Shown here: one piece after another, positions 1-8,976 of the stretch | How positions within the stretch are numbered: position 1 is the first letter of the stretch | Layout: each line of letters begins with the position of its first letter | Source: Bacillota bacterium | GTDB taxonomy: Bacteria > Bacillota > Clostridia > Saccharofermentanales > DTU023 | Direction: 5' to 3' | NCBI GenBank assembly: GCA_023389255.1 | Contig: JAEWER010000019.1 | Coordinates: forward strand, 106,661 to 170,660 | DNA: 64,000 nucleotides | The notes under the pieces: generated by a model | Database searches by the model: none | What the model was told of the DNA's origin: nothing | Seen by the model: only the letters and a program-made list of their open reading frames with translations | Position numbers and translations under genes: made by a program

Positions 1-1
1 T

Positions 2-721
2 CAGGCAGAAAACTATCGGTTTTGGCGTACTAGAAGTACATATCTAAGCTTGGCTTTAGGTACAAGCGTACTAATATTTTTGCGTTTATTGCAAACACCA
101 ATCAGTTTATTACTGGGGCAAGAAATAAGCTTTAATTGGCTTAATCTCATCTTCAATCTCAGTACAATTTTGTTGCCGTTGAGCGTAATTTATGTGCAGT
201 TTATGGGCTGGAAGAATAAAGAAGAACGCCAAACTCTGATTTCCTTGGGTATTAAAAAGACAGTTTTCCCCTGTGCAGAATGGCTGACCTTAGCCTGGCG
301 TTGTTTATTTTATTGGCTATATTTTAATATCCTGGTTTTGCTTTTAGCCTTACCTCGCATTCAATCACCATCTAATTTAACGGTTCATTATTTGTTAGCT
401 GAAATAAGTTTATTTTTACTTTGCTTGTTGTATTTAGCAGTAGGTCAATTCTTGCTTTTTATTTGCCGCTGGCTGGGAATAGCTATGTTCTGCGAATTGG
501 TGCTCTACTATCTTGTATTACCTTATTTAGCTAAAGCAGTAGATGCATTTTCTTTTCTTTCGTTTTATATACCCTATGTGTTATATCCCAATACAGTAGA
601 TGAGTTTACGGCTTCTTTTAGTGAGCATTTTCTTTGGTGGATACTAGGTTTAATCTTTGCCGGCTCACTGTTTTTAGCCAGCGCTACTCACTTATTACAA
701 AGACAGGAGCTAAGAGCATAA
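2..721 (+). CDS. Polytopic membrane protein, 5'-partial; possible ABC-2/immunity-type permease partner of the downstream kinase
   Basis: The frame of the 50..721 ORF has no stop back to nt 2, so it runs off the window edge. The translation is almost entirely hydrophobic helices. Its TAA stop at 719-721 lies 2 nt before the kinase ATG at 724. Confidence 0.5.
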   Translation, partial: QAENYRFWRTRSTYLSLALGTSVLIFLRLLQTPISLLLGQEISFNWLNLIFNLSTILLPLSVIYVQFMGWKNKEERQTLISLGIKKTVFPCAEWLTLAWRCLFYWLYFNILVLLLALPRIQSPSNLTVHYLLAEISLFLLCLLYLAVGQFLLFICRWLGIAMFCELVLYYLVLPYLAKAVDAFSFLSFYIPYVLYPNTVDEFTASFSEHFLWWILGLIFAGSLFLASATHLLQRQELRA

Positions 722-723
722 CC

Positions 724-1767
724 ATGGTAATTATTGCCTGCTTAATCGCCTTAATTTGCGTAGTTCTGCTAGTGATCTATCGCTTAGAGATCAATTACTA
801 CATCAATTTGTTAGAAAATTTAGCACGAAATAGCGAAGAGCAAGAAGAAGATTTTAAAGAACTGGAAGAACTAGCCAGAGGCAGGAGCAAAGGTTATCTT
901 AAAAATGTTAAAATCCAACAACTTTTGCAGTTTGCTGAAGGTCAAAACGTTAGACTTAACTTTCCGTTACCATCTCTTAGGCGACTAGCTAAAGTAACTG
1001 TGAGATTGTTTTCCGCCAAGCGCAATGAGCTCCAAGCGCAGATTACACACAAGCAACAATTAGAAGAACAGATCACGCATATTTCCCACGATTTACGCAC
1101 ACCACTGACCGCATTAGCGGGCTATTTAGAACTACTCTTTGAGACAAAAGATGTAGCAGAACAGGAGCGATATAAGAGTATAATTTGGCGCAGAATAACT
1201 AGCTTGCAAGATTTAATCGCTGATTTTTATGCTCTGACTCGGGTTGAAAGTCCAGCGCTGATGCTAAACAGTGAATTCTGCAAAATAGATAATCTGCTTT
1301 CCGAGGCATTGCTATCTTTTTACGAAGACTTTAATCAATGCAATATCCAAATGAAAGTTGAGCTAGAACAAGCACCGGCAGTTTTAGCAGAAAAGAAATC
1401 ACTTTGCCGTATTTATGCCAATATCTTGCAAAATATTTTGCGCTATGGCGATCAAGAAGCCAGCATTTGGCATGGACAAAACTTGCCAGAAGAATTAAAA
1501 CAAGCTTTGCTCAAAGCCGATAAATTACCCGAGAAAGCGCCACAATATACTGTTTTTAGAAATAAGATTAAAGAAAGCTATCTCAAGCAAGAGATCGACT
1601 ATGAGCGGATTTTTGAAAGACTGTTTTCTGGTGACTTGAGTAGAAGTAATAATCGTTCAGCCTCTGGTTTAGGTCTATACATAGTCAAACTTTTACTCAC
1701 GCAACAAGGCTTCGGTATAGTCAGCTTAAAAGTAGCAGATGAGCTTTTCCTGGTTATCTCCTACTAG
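724..1767 (+). CDS. Sensor histidine kinase with a single N-terminal TM helix and no obvious extracellular sensor domain
   Basis: H-box ITHISHDLRTPLTAL, N-box ANILQNILRYG, FERLFSGDLSRS and G2 box SGLGLYIVKLL. I prefer the ATG at 724 (MVIIACLIAL..) over the track start at 634, which overlaps the upstream gene. Confidence 0.85.
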   Translation: MVIIACLIALICVVLLVIYRLEINYYINLLENLARNSEEQEEDFKELEELARGRSKGYLKNVKIQQLLQFAEGQNVRLNFPLPSLRRLAKVTVRLFSAKRNELQAQITHKQQLEEQITHISHDLRTPLTALAGYLELLFETKDVAEQERYKSIIWRRITSLQDLIADFYALTRVESPALMLNSEFCKIDNLLSEALLSFYEDFNQCNIQMKVELEQAPAVLAEKKSLCRIYANILQNILRYGDQEASIWHGQNLPEELKQALLKADKLPEKAPQYTVFRNKIKESYLKQEIDYERIFERLFSGDLSRSNNRSASGLGLYIVKLLLTQQGFGIVSLKVADELFLVISY

Positions 1768-2746
1768 TTATTGTGCCAAGCCAAAGCTCGTCTAGAGATT
1801 GTTTTTGTAAATCTTTGCCAATTACAACTACATCTGCAGAAAGATCTTCTGCATCACTTATGCCATAGATAGTATAAGTACCGGAAACTAATTCAAAATG
1901 GAGCATTTCACACTGGTTTGCTAAGTGCACATAACCTTTAGCACGCGCTATTTTACCCATAGCGCCTCTAATCATTATCTCAAGATAAGCCACTAATTGA
2001 TCTGCACTTTTCACAGACACATTTTGGTATGAAAGAGAAGTTAGATCTAAAGGTTGATCCTTTTTCCTTAAACGAAAACGGCGCTTCTCAATTGTAGTGG
2101 AGTTGGATGATTTTGACTTTAAAACTAACTCTGTATCTAGCAAAGATAAGAACTGGTCATTCGTAAATTGACTATAGTGACATAAAGGGAAATTGACATC
2201 TTCTGGCAAATTTAATTCTCTTTTAATTTCAGTAAAATCGTTTAAGGAGAAATCCTCTGATTTGCTTACAATTACTGTTCCCGATTGCCAAATTTGATCT
2301 TTAAAATATGCGGGGAAATCTGCTTTGCTTAAACGGAAATTTTGCCCATCAATAATGGTGATGGGAGCGAGCAAAGAAATTTGTTCATAGCAAATTGTCT
2401 GTAGCTTTTGAATAAGTCTACTAGGCATTGCAACCCCACTGGGTTCGATTAGTAAATAGTCAGGATTTACTGTGTTAGCGATGGTCAAAACTGAAGCTGT
2501 AAAATCGAGATTGGTTGAACAACAAATACAGCCTTCAGTTAACTCCCAAATGCGTAAACTTTCACAAGCCTTATCGGCAAGAACTTCGCCCTCTACTTCT
2601 GTTTTTTTGAGAGTTTGGCTATCTATATTTAAGGCGCCAAATTCATTTTCTAAAATGGCAAAAAACTTACCAGTACGCTTGACTAATTCCTTGATAAATC
2701 TGGTTTTACCAGCACCTAAAAAACCACAGATGATCAATATTTGCAT
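1754..2746 (-). CDS. G3E-family P-loop GTPase (CobW/COG0523-type putative metallochaperone)
   Basis: N-terminal P-loop ICGFLGAGKT and the CXCC metal motif GCICCS. Size and layout fit the cobW plus CobW_C families. Its 3' end overlaps the convergent kinase gene by 14 nt. Confidence 0.8.
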   Translation of the reverse strand: MQILIICGFLGAGKTRFIKELVKRTGKFFAILENEFGALNIDSQTLKKTEVEGEVLADKACESLRIWELTEGCICCSTNLDFTASVLTIANTVNPDYLLIEPSGVAMPSRLIQKLQTICYEQISLLAPITIIDGQNFRLSKADFPAYFKDQIWQSGTVIVSKSEDFSLNDFTEIKRELNLPEDVNFPLCHYSQFTNDQFLSLLDTELVLKSKSSNSTTIEKRRFRLRKKDQPLDLTSLSYQNVSVKSADQLVAYLEIMIRGAMGKIARAKGYVHLANQCEMLHFELVSGTYTIYGISDAEDLSADVVVIGKDLQKQSLDELWLGTITSRR

Positions 2747-2756
2747 AATTAACTAT

Positions 2757-2781
2757 AAGACCCGAGCTGGGCTCGGGTCTT
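2757..2781 (-). terminator. Strong hairpin between adh and the GTPase gene; possible partial terminator or processing site
   Basis: Perfect 11-bp stem AAGACCCGAGC/GCTCGGGTCTT with a 3-nt loop. The flanking U tract is weak on the minus strand (..UUAUAGUU). Confidence 0.5.
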
Positions 2782-2796
2782 TCTACTTCTAAAGAT

Positions 2797-3852
2797 TTAG
2801 AGTACAACTACGGGTTTAATTAAATCCTTGGGCTTATCTTTCATTAAGAATAAAGCATCTTCTACGTGCTCGAAACCTTGGAATTTATGGGTGAGCATCA
2901 AGGAAACATCCAATTTACCGGCTGCGACTAAGCTACCTAATTTTTCTAGGCGTAGACGTCCACCAGGCATCAGACCACCAGTGATCAGCTTGTGACCCAT
3001 GCCAACACCCCATTCTGCACGAGGAATTTTGACATATTCGCCTGAACCTAAGTAGTTGACGTTACCGATGCGTCCACCGGGTTTAAGCACATTAATAGCA
3101 GGTTCGAAAGTATCGTTATCACCACCAGCGACGATTACTTTATCTACACCCTTGCCACCGGTCATCTCTAATACTTGCTTATCGATGGGGCCATCTTTGT
3201 AACCGATAAAATCTGTTGCACCGTATTCTTTAGCAACGTCACGGCAGACTTGGCGAGTACCGACGCAGATAATACGAGAAGCACCACGCAAAGCCGCACC
3301 AGCTACTGACATCAGACCTACAGGACCGATACCGATAACTAAAACAATGTCACCGAATTGAACATCTGCCAACTCAACACCGTGGAAACCAGTGGGAACC
3401 ATGTCGGATAGCATACAAGCTTCTGCTGGGCTGATAGCATCGGGAAGATGAGCTAAGTTGGCATCAGCATCGTTGACATGGAAATATTCTCCGAACACAC
3501 CATCTTTGAAGTTCGAGAATTTCCAACCTGCGAGCATACCACCTGAATGCATGGGGTAGCCAGCTTGTGCTTCTAGTGAGTCCCAATCAGGAGTGATAGC
3601 TGCCACCATAATACGATCGCCGGGCTTGAAATCTTTTACCAATTCACCGACTTCATCGACCACACCACAACCTTCATGACCTAAAATCATGTTGTGACGT
3701 TCACCAATGGCTCCTTCCCATACTGTATGGATATCTGAAGTACAGGGAGAGAGAGCTAAAGGACGAATGATAGCATCCTTCGGACCACATTTGGGGCGTT
3801 CTTTTTTAATCCAACCGGTTTTACCGATTTCTAACATTGCATAGCCTTTCAT
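2797..3852 (-). CDS. adh: NADP-dependent Zn-containing secondary (isopropanol-type) alcohol dehydrogenase
   Basis: Collinear by eye with the Clostridium beijerinckii / Thermoanaerobacter brockii secondary ADHs: MKG.AML..., SPCTSDIHTV, ILGHEGCGVV, GWKFSNFKDGVFGEYFHVNDAD, GIGPVGL, LMKDKPKDLIKPVV.L. Confidence 0.9.
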   Translation of the reverse strand: MKGYAMLEIGKTGWIKKERPKCGPKDAIIRPLALSPCTSDIHTVWEGAIGERHNMILGHEGCGVVDEVGELVKDFKPGDRIMVAAITPDWDSLEAQAGYPMHSGGMLAGWKFSNFKDGVFGEYFHVNDADANLAHLPDAISPAEACMLSDMVPTGFHGVELADVQFGDIVLVIGIGPVGLMSVAGAALRGASRIICVGTRQVCRDVAKEYGATDFIGYKDGPIDKQVLEMTGGKGVDKVIVAGGDNDTFEPAINVLKPGGRIGNVNYLGSGEYVKIPRAEWGVGMGHKLITGGLMPGGRLRLEKLGSLVAAGKLDVSLMLTHKFQGFEHVEDALFLMKDKPKDLIKPVVVL

Positions 3853-4197
3853 AAAGACCTCCTAAATACGAATGGTTCACTGCTGTAAACGTTTGAGATA
3901 ATTTTACAACAAAATAAAGAATAAGACTGACATCACCTAGAACCTAAATGCATAACGGTGATAACTATCTTGGTTTCATCTTAGGTGAGTGAGAGATAAA
4001 TCTCAAGTAAATTGTTTATCTTACACAATATTTATAACTGTACAAGGTATAACATTAGCTAAATATTACCAATAAAATGATGAGCAAGGATCTTGCAGTT
4101 AGTAATTTTTCAACTTTTGCCCACAATTGCTCAGGTTTAAATTCGTATACTAAAGCTGTAAGAAAAGTGAATTTTTGTAACCCGAGGTAGATATTTT

Positions 4198-6330
4198 TTG
4201 AAGCATAAACTACAACAGACAAAAACTGGTTATTTAGATCATCTGGCGAGTTGGCTAGTGACGAGAAGAAAGCGCATTCTGGTGTTTTGCTTGATCTTAG
4301 CCATTTTTTCAGCAATTAAACTACCTCAAGTAAAAGTAGATTACAACCTAGCGCACTATGTACCGAGTGAAGCAGCTTCAACTCTGGCTTTAGAGCGCGT
4401 AAAACAGGGTTCAGTATCTTTGCCCAATGCCCAAGTTATGGTTAAAGATGTCAGCATCACAGAAGCGTTGAATTATAAGTCTAAATTGTCAAAAGTGGCG
4501 CATGTAGGGAAAGTATTTTGGCTAGATGATCAGGTAGATCTTAAAACTCCTTTAGAGATTGCGAGTCCTAGTGTAGTAGAAGCTTTTTATAAAGATAAGA
4601 ATGCTCTCTTTTATTTGACCATAGATGAGGGTGGAGAAGTAAAAGATGCAGATGCTGTTGATTTGGTTAAGATAGTTGCTTCTTTGCGTGAAGTTGTAGG
4701 TGAAAAAGGAGCTGTTAGTGGTCAAGTAGTGGAATTAGCTTCTGCCAAAAGTGCTGTACAAAGTGAAATGCTTACCATCCTGCTTTTCATGGTACCGTTA
4801 GTGCTCATAATTTTGTGGATTAGCACAACTTCATGGCTTGAGCCCTTGTTGTTTATCGGAACTATTTTTGTGGCAGTGTTGTACAACATGGGCACTAACT
4901 TTATCTTCCCTAAAGTTTCTTTTGTCACACAATCAGTAACGGCAACTTTGCAACTTGCAGTCACTTTGGACTACATGATTTTTTTGCTACATGCTTTTCA
5001 AAAGCATAAGCAGAGTGGTGGGATTCCTAATCAGGAAGCTATGATTTTAGCAGTTAAAGATTCTTTTTCTTCGATTACAGCATCTGCCCTAACAACCTTC
5101 TTCGGTTTTTTAGCACTGGTATTCATGCGCTTTAAAATAGGTTCGGATTTAGGTTTAGTGTTGGCCAAAGGTATTTTATTTAGCTTATTTACCGTGGTGG
5201 CTATGCTACCTGCTTTAGTTTTAGCGCTAGATCCTCTCCTAGAAAAAACTAGACATCGCACATTGGTGCCACAAATTCGCTTCTTACCTAAGTTGGTGCG
5301 CAAAATTACACCAATTGTAGTAGCAATAAGTTTACTAGTAGCAATACCAGCATTTTGGGCGCATGAACAAACAGATTTTCGTTATGGCATGGGCGCATTC
5401 CCCAAAGAATCTAGAGAAGAGCGCGATCTGAACGAGATTAGGTCTACTTTTGGTAGCAAGTACACCATGATTTTACTTTTACCCAAAGGACAATTAGCCG
5501 CCGAGCAAGAGCTGGTAGCAGAGTTAAACAAGATGCCTCAAGTAGATAGCATCAGAGGGTATGTAACAGAAGTAGGTAGTTCTATTCCTGCAGATTTTTT
5601 GACGGATGCACAAAGAGAGCAAATCTATACTCAAGATTTTTCTCGCTATATTCTGCAAATTGATTCACCCAGAGAAAGTGCAGAAACATTTGCCTTGGTT
5701 AAAGAAATTAGAGAAGTTATAGCCAAACACTTTGTCTTAGCAAATAAAGATCTAAATACAGCTGAAGTTGCCTACTTAGCTGGTGAAAATGCTTCGTTGT
5801 ACGATCTCAAAGAAACAGTGAACCAAGACAGCATTATAGTCAATGGGTTAGCTATTTTAGCTGTAGGCTTGGTCATTTTACTTGCTTTTAGAAAACTGAT
5901 GGCACCTCTAGTCTTGCTCTTTACGATTGAGCTGGCAATTTGGATTAACTTGTCTATTCCATATTTAACGCACACACATTTGAGCTACATAGGCTACTTG
6001 ATCATTTCAACAGTGCAGCTAGGAGCTACAGTTGACTATGCAATTTTATTAACGAGATACTATTCAGAATATAGAAAGCAGTATAGCAAGAGCCATGCAC
6101 TGGAAAAAACAATAGAAAATTGTGCTCTCTCAGTGATAACTCCCGCTTTAATTTTAGCGGTAGCAGGCTTTATTTTAGGACAAATATCCACAATTTCCAT
6201 CGTTAGTGAATTAGGTAGAATCTTAGCCTCGGGAGCCTTAATAACTTTATTATTGGTGCTATTCCTTTTGCCCGGACTGTGGTTAATTAGTGATCGTTTT
6301 TTGTGTAAAAACCGACTAGAAAAGGAGTGA
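4198..6330 (+). CDS. MMPL/RND-superfamily membrane transporter
   Basis: 710 aa with two blocks of about 6 TM helices, each preceded by a large soluble loop (YdfJ/MMPL architecture). TTG start with GAGG 9 nt upstream. Confidence 0.8.
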   Translation: MKHKLQQTKTGYLDHLASWLVTRRKRILVFCLILAIFSAIKLPQVKVDYNLAHYVPSEAASTLALERVKQGSVSLPNAQVMVKDVSITEALNYKSKLSKVAHVGKVFWLDDQVDLKTPLEIASPSVVEAFYKDKNALFYLTIDEGGEVKDADAVDLVKIVASLREVVGEKGAVSGQVVELASAKSAVQSEMLTILLFMVPLVLIILWISTTSWLEPLLFIGTIFVAVLYNMGTNFIFPKVSFVTQSVTATLQLAVTLDYMIFLLHAFQKHKQSGGIPNQEAMILAVKDSFSSITASALTTFFGFLALVFMRFKIGSDLGLVLAKGILFSLFTVVAMLPALVLALDPLLEKTRHRTLVPQIRFLPKLVRKITPIVVAISLLVAIPAFWAHEQTDFRYGMGAFPKESREERDLNEIRSTFGSKYTMILLLPKGQLAAEQELVAELNKMPQVDSIRGYVTEVGSSIPADFLTDAQREQIYTQDFSRYILQIDSPRESAETFALVKEIREVIAKHFVLANKDLNTAEVAYLAGENASLYDLKETVNQDSIIVNGLAILAVGLVILLAFRKLMAPLVLLFTIELAIWINLSIPYLTHTHLSYIGYLIISTVQLGATVDYAILLTRYYSEYRKQYSKSHALEKTIENCALSVITPALILAVAGFILGQISTISIVSELGRILASGALITLLLVLFLLPGLWLISDRFLCKNRLEKE

Positions 6331-6332
6331 CT

Positions 6333-8456
6333 ATGAGTAATTTTAGAAAAACGAAAATTTTTGCAACTTTAACAGCAATGTTGTTGCTAGTGAGTACAGT
6401 TAATCCCGTTTTAGCAACGAGCAAAGAAGTCGAAGAAAAAGCACAAGTTGCTTCTTTTAGCAAAACAGAAGCAATCTTTGGCAAGTTGCAAAATGACGGT
6501 GCGCTGAAAGAAGCATATGTTGTGAATCAGTTTGAGGTGACAGATAAAAATACGCGCGAACTGAAAGATTACGGCAATTACAGTGAAATCACTGCGATAT
6601 CTACTCCCGAGGCCGCTTTAGAGCAAAAAGCAGATGAAGTAACGTTTAAAGTAAAAGATGGTAGGAATTGGTATCAAGGTACCTTAAAACAACCTCAATT
6701 ACCTTGGAATATTCGCTTGCACTATTACTTAGATGGCAACGAAATAAAGCCAGAAGAATTAAAAGAAAAAAGTGGTGCCCTTAAAATACAAATAACCATT
6801 ACTCCGAAGAAAGATGAGAAGAGTAAGTTTTATACTGAGCACTATGCCATACAGGTTCGAATCCCTTTCCTTGCAGAAAAAAGTGAACAAATTAAAGCAA
6901 AAGACGCAGTGATAGCGAGTGAAGGTAAGGAAATTACCGCTACCTATACTCTGTTACCAGGTAAAGAAAAGTATGAAATAGAGGCGGAGGCTCAAGTCAG
7001 TAATTTTGAGCAAGCAGGCATTAGATTTACAGCCATTCCCTTAAAACTAGCCCTAGATACAGAACAACAGGAACAATTACAGGACGCCTTAAATCAATTT
7101 AACGATGCAGCTAATAGCCTAAAAAAAGGGTCATATGAGTTAGACGAAAAAGGAGATTCTTTAACTCAAGGTGGAGATAAATTAAAGCAAGGTTCTAGCA
7201 AATTAAAAGATGCGAGTAAGCGCTTAAATAACGGCATTCGTGATTTTCTAGCAGGTGTTAGCAAATTAAATTTAGGCAATCAAAATTTATCTAATGGAAA
7301 CAAAGAGCTAGCGGATGGTGCAGAAAAATTTGCTTTAGGTATAGATAAGTTAGGCAAAGGTTTAGCTTTAATAGCAGCACAAAATGAAGCTCTAAGCCAG
7401 GGGGCTGGTGCATTGAATCTTGCCCTAACCCAGATGAAAGATTCAGTGCCGACAGTAAAGGATAATAGTGATCAACTCAAACAGCTAGAAGAGGCAGGCA
7501 AAGATCTAGAAGTGGGTTTGACTGCTTATGTAGATGCTACTAGTCAGCTTGTAGATATGGTGTTGCTGGGCAAGGATGCTCTTTCACAATTAGGTGCTTT
7601 GACAGAGGGATTACAGAGTAAAGAATTACCTGAAAGCAACGAAGCCTGGCTTAACGCATTACAAATAGATCAAGCGAAGTGGCAAGATAAAGACATTCAA
7701 AAATTAGCTTCAGTACTTAGCTCTCAAGCGATTGCGCAAAACAAGCTGGCGCAGAAGTTAGCAGAGCTTAAACCGACAATAACCCAATTGAATATGGCTC
7801 TTAAAACGCTTGATAACACCAAGATGCAAGAGTTAAAAAAGCAAGCGAGTGCACTCAAAGATGGGTTTAGCAAATTTAAGCAAGGTGTAGATCAATTGCT
7901 TAAACTTGCTTCCGGTGAAAGCTTAGCTAGGCTCAAAGAAGGTCTGAATCTATTAGCAACTAAAAGTCAAGAATTTAGTACAGGTCTAGATAGTTATTTA
8001 GGTAGCGTAGCGGAAATCGAAAAACAAGTTAACGGTACAGAAGAGGTAGCCGGTATTGTGAAGGGAGCTAACAGCTTAAGCGAAGCTAGCAGGGAATTAG
8101 CGAATGGTAGCGAAACTTTAGCTAAGGGAAGCGATGAACTAAAACACAATAGTGATGTGCTAGGGAATGGATTAGCCGAATATACCTCGCAATTAGGCAC
8201 GTATTACCAAGGTGTAGAAGATTTAACTTTTGGTTTTAAGAGATATCTTAATGGTGTAAAAAAAGTAGCTAAGGGCAATGAAAAATTGTCTTCTGGTGTG
8301 AGTGAGTTTAGAGATGAAGTTGAAGCAAAATTGATCAAAGAATTAAATAAGTACAGTGGCAAAGATTTTAAAGCTAAATCTTTTGTATCAGATAAAAATA
8401 AGGGTGAAGTAGCTGTACAATTCATTTTGCAAACTTCAGGCATTGGTCAAGAATAA
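6333..8456 (+). CDS. Secreted YhgE/Pip-like protein with X-X-X-L-X-X-G heptad repeats and no C-terminal membrane domain
   Basis: Signal peptide MSNFRKTKIFATLTAMLLLVSTVNPVLA/TS. Long runs of heptads, for example LKKGSYELDEKGDSLTQGGDKLKQGSSKLKDASKRLNNG. AAAGGAG sits 5 nt before the ATG at 6333, which is 2 nt after the MMPL stop. Confidence 0.65.
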   Translation: MSNFRKTKIFATLTAMLLLVSTVNPVLATSKEVEEKAQVASFSKTEAIFGKLQNDGALKEAYVVNQFEVTDKNTRELKDYGNYSEITAISTPEAALEQKADEVTFKVKDGRNWYQGTLKQPQLPWNIRLHYYLDGNEIKPEELKEKSGALKIQITITPKKDEKSKFYTEHYAIQVRIPFLAEKSEQIKAKDAVIASEGKEITATYTLLPGKEKYEIEAEAQVSNFEQAGIRFTAIPLKLALDTEQQEQLQDALNQFNDAANSLKKGSYELDEKGDSLTQGGDKLKQGSSKLKDASKRLNNGIRDFLAGVSKLNLGNQNLSNGNKELADGAEKFALGIDKLGKGLALIAAQNEALSQGAGALNLALTQMKDSVPTVKDNSDQLKQLEEAGKDLEVGLTAYVDATSQLVDMVLLGKDALSQLGALTEGLQSKELPESNEAWLNALQIDQAKWQDKDIQKLASVLSSQAIAQNKLAQKLAELKPTITQLNMALKTLDNTKMQELKKQASALKDGFSKFKQGVDQLLKLASGESLARLKEGLNLLATKSQEFSTGLDSYLGSVAEIEKQVNGTEEVAGIVKGANSLSEASRELANGSETLAKGSDELKHNSDVLGNGLAEYTSQLGTYYQGVEDLTFGFKRYLNGVKKVAKGNEKLSSGVSEFRDEVEAKLIKELNKYSGKDFKAKSFVSDKNKGEVAVQFILQTSGIGQE

Positions 8457-8460
8457 AAAG

Positions 8461-8976
8461 CTAAAAGTGTTTGCGTGGGTAATCTTTGCGTAAAAAGGGT
8501 ATCCAGTTGAGTACAACAGCTAAAACGACGCCTATTATGGTTTCAACTACACGGTTGTAAGCAAAGAGTAGAGGATTGATGTCGTTGCCATGGTTTAACA
8601 CGATGGAAAAGAAAACGACAACGGTTATAGTAGCTGAATTGGGTTGCCTTATGGTCGAAATTAACCAAATGAGAAAGACAACAACTAAGGACATACAGAA
8701 ATAATTGGCTACCGGATATATAGAAAGCCAACGACCTAATTCAGCATATAACCAAAGCAAGCCAACAAAACCGCCAATAAAAGTGCCTAGCATACGGCTT
8801 AGACCACTGCTTAAAGCAGTTTTCATATCGGAACGTAAACAGATGATAGCTGCTATAACTGAATAAAAAACACTGTCAGTATGACCGCGTAAAATAGCAA
8901 TGATAAAGCAACAAAAGACGGCTATTGCCGTCTTAATAATGCGTAGTCCTGGAAGTTTTAGCTGAATTTTTTCCAT
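8461..8976 (-). CDS. Small integral membrane protein resembling the membrane domain of FUSC/aromatic-acid-exporter (ArAE) family proteins
   Basis: The N-terminus MEKIQLKLPGLRIIKTAIAVFCCFII is typical of ArAE/FUSC_2 proteins. About 5 TM helices in 171 aa. The start codon shares one nucleotide with the upstream stop (TAATG). Confidence 0.5.
   Translation of the reverse strand: MEKIQLKLPGLRIIKTAIAVFCCFIIAILRGHTDSVFYSVIAAIICLRSDMKTALSSGLSRMLGTFIGGFVGLLWLYAELGRWLSIYPVANYFCMSLVVVFLIWLISTIRQPNSATITVVVFFSIVLNHGNDINPLLFAYNRVVETIIGVVLAVVLNWIPFLRKDYPRKHF

Noticed and set aside
2472-2792. 106-aa plus-strand ORF opposite the G3E GTPase gene.
   Set aside because: It lies entirely antisense to a well-supported gene. 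It has no RBS and no recognisable motifs. It is a typical shadow ORF.
4055-4315. 86-aa minus-strand ORF spanning the adh/MMPL intergenic region.
   Set aside because: It overlaps the MMPL 5' end antisense. It has no RBS and no family resemblance.
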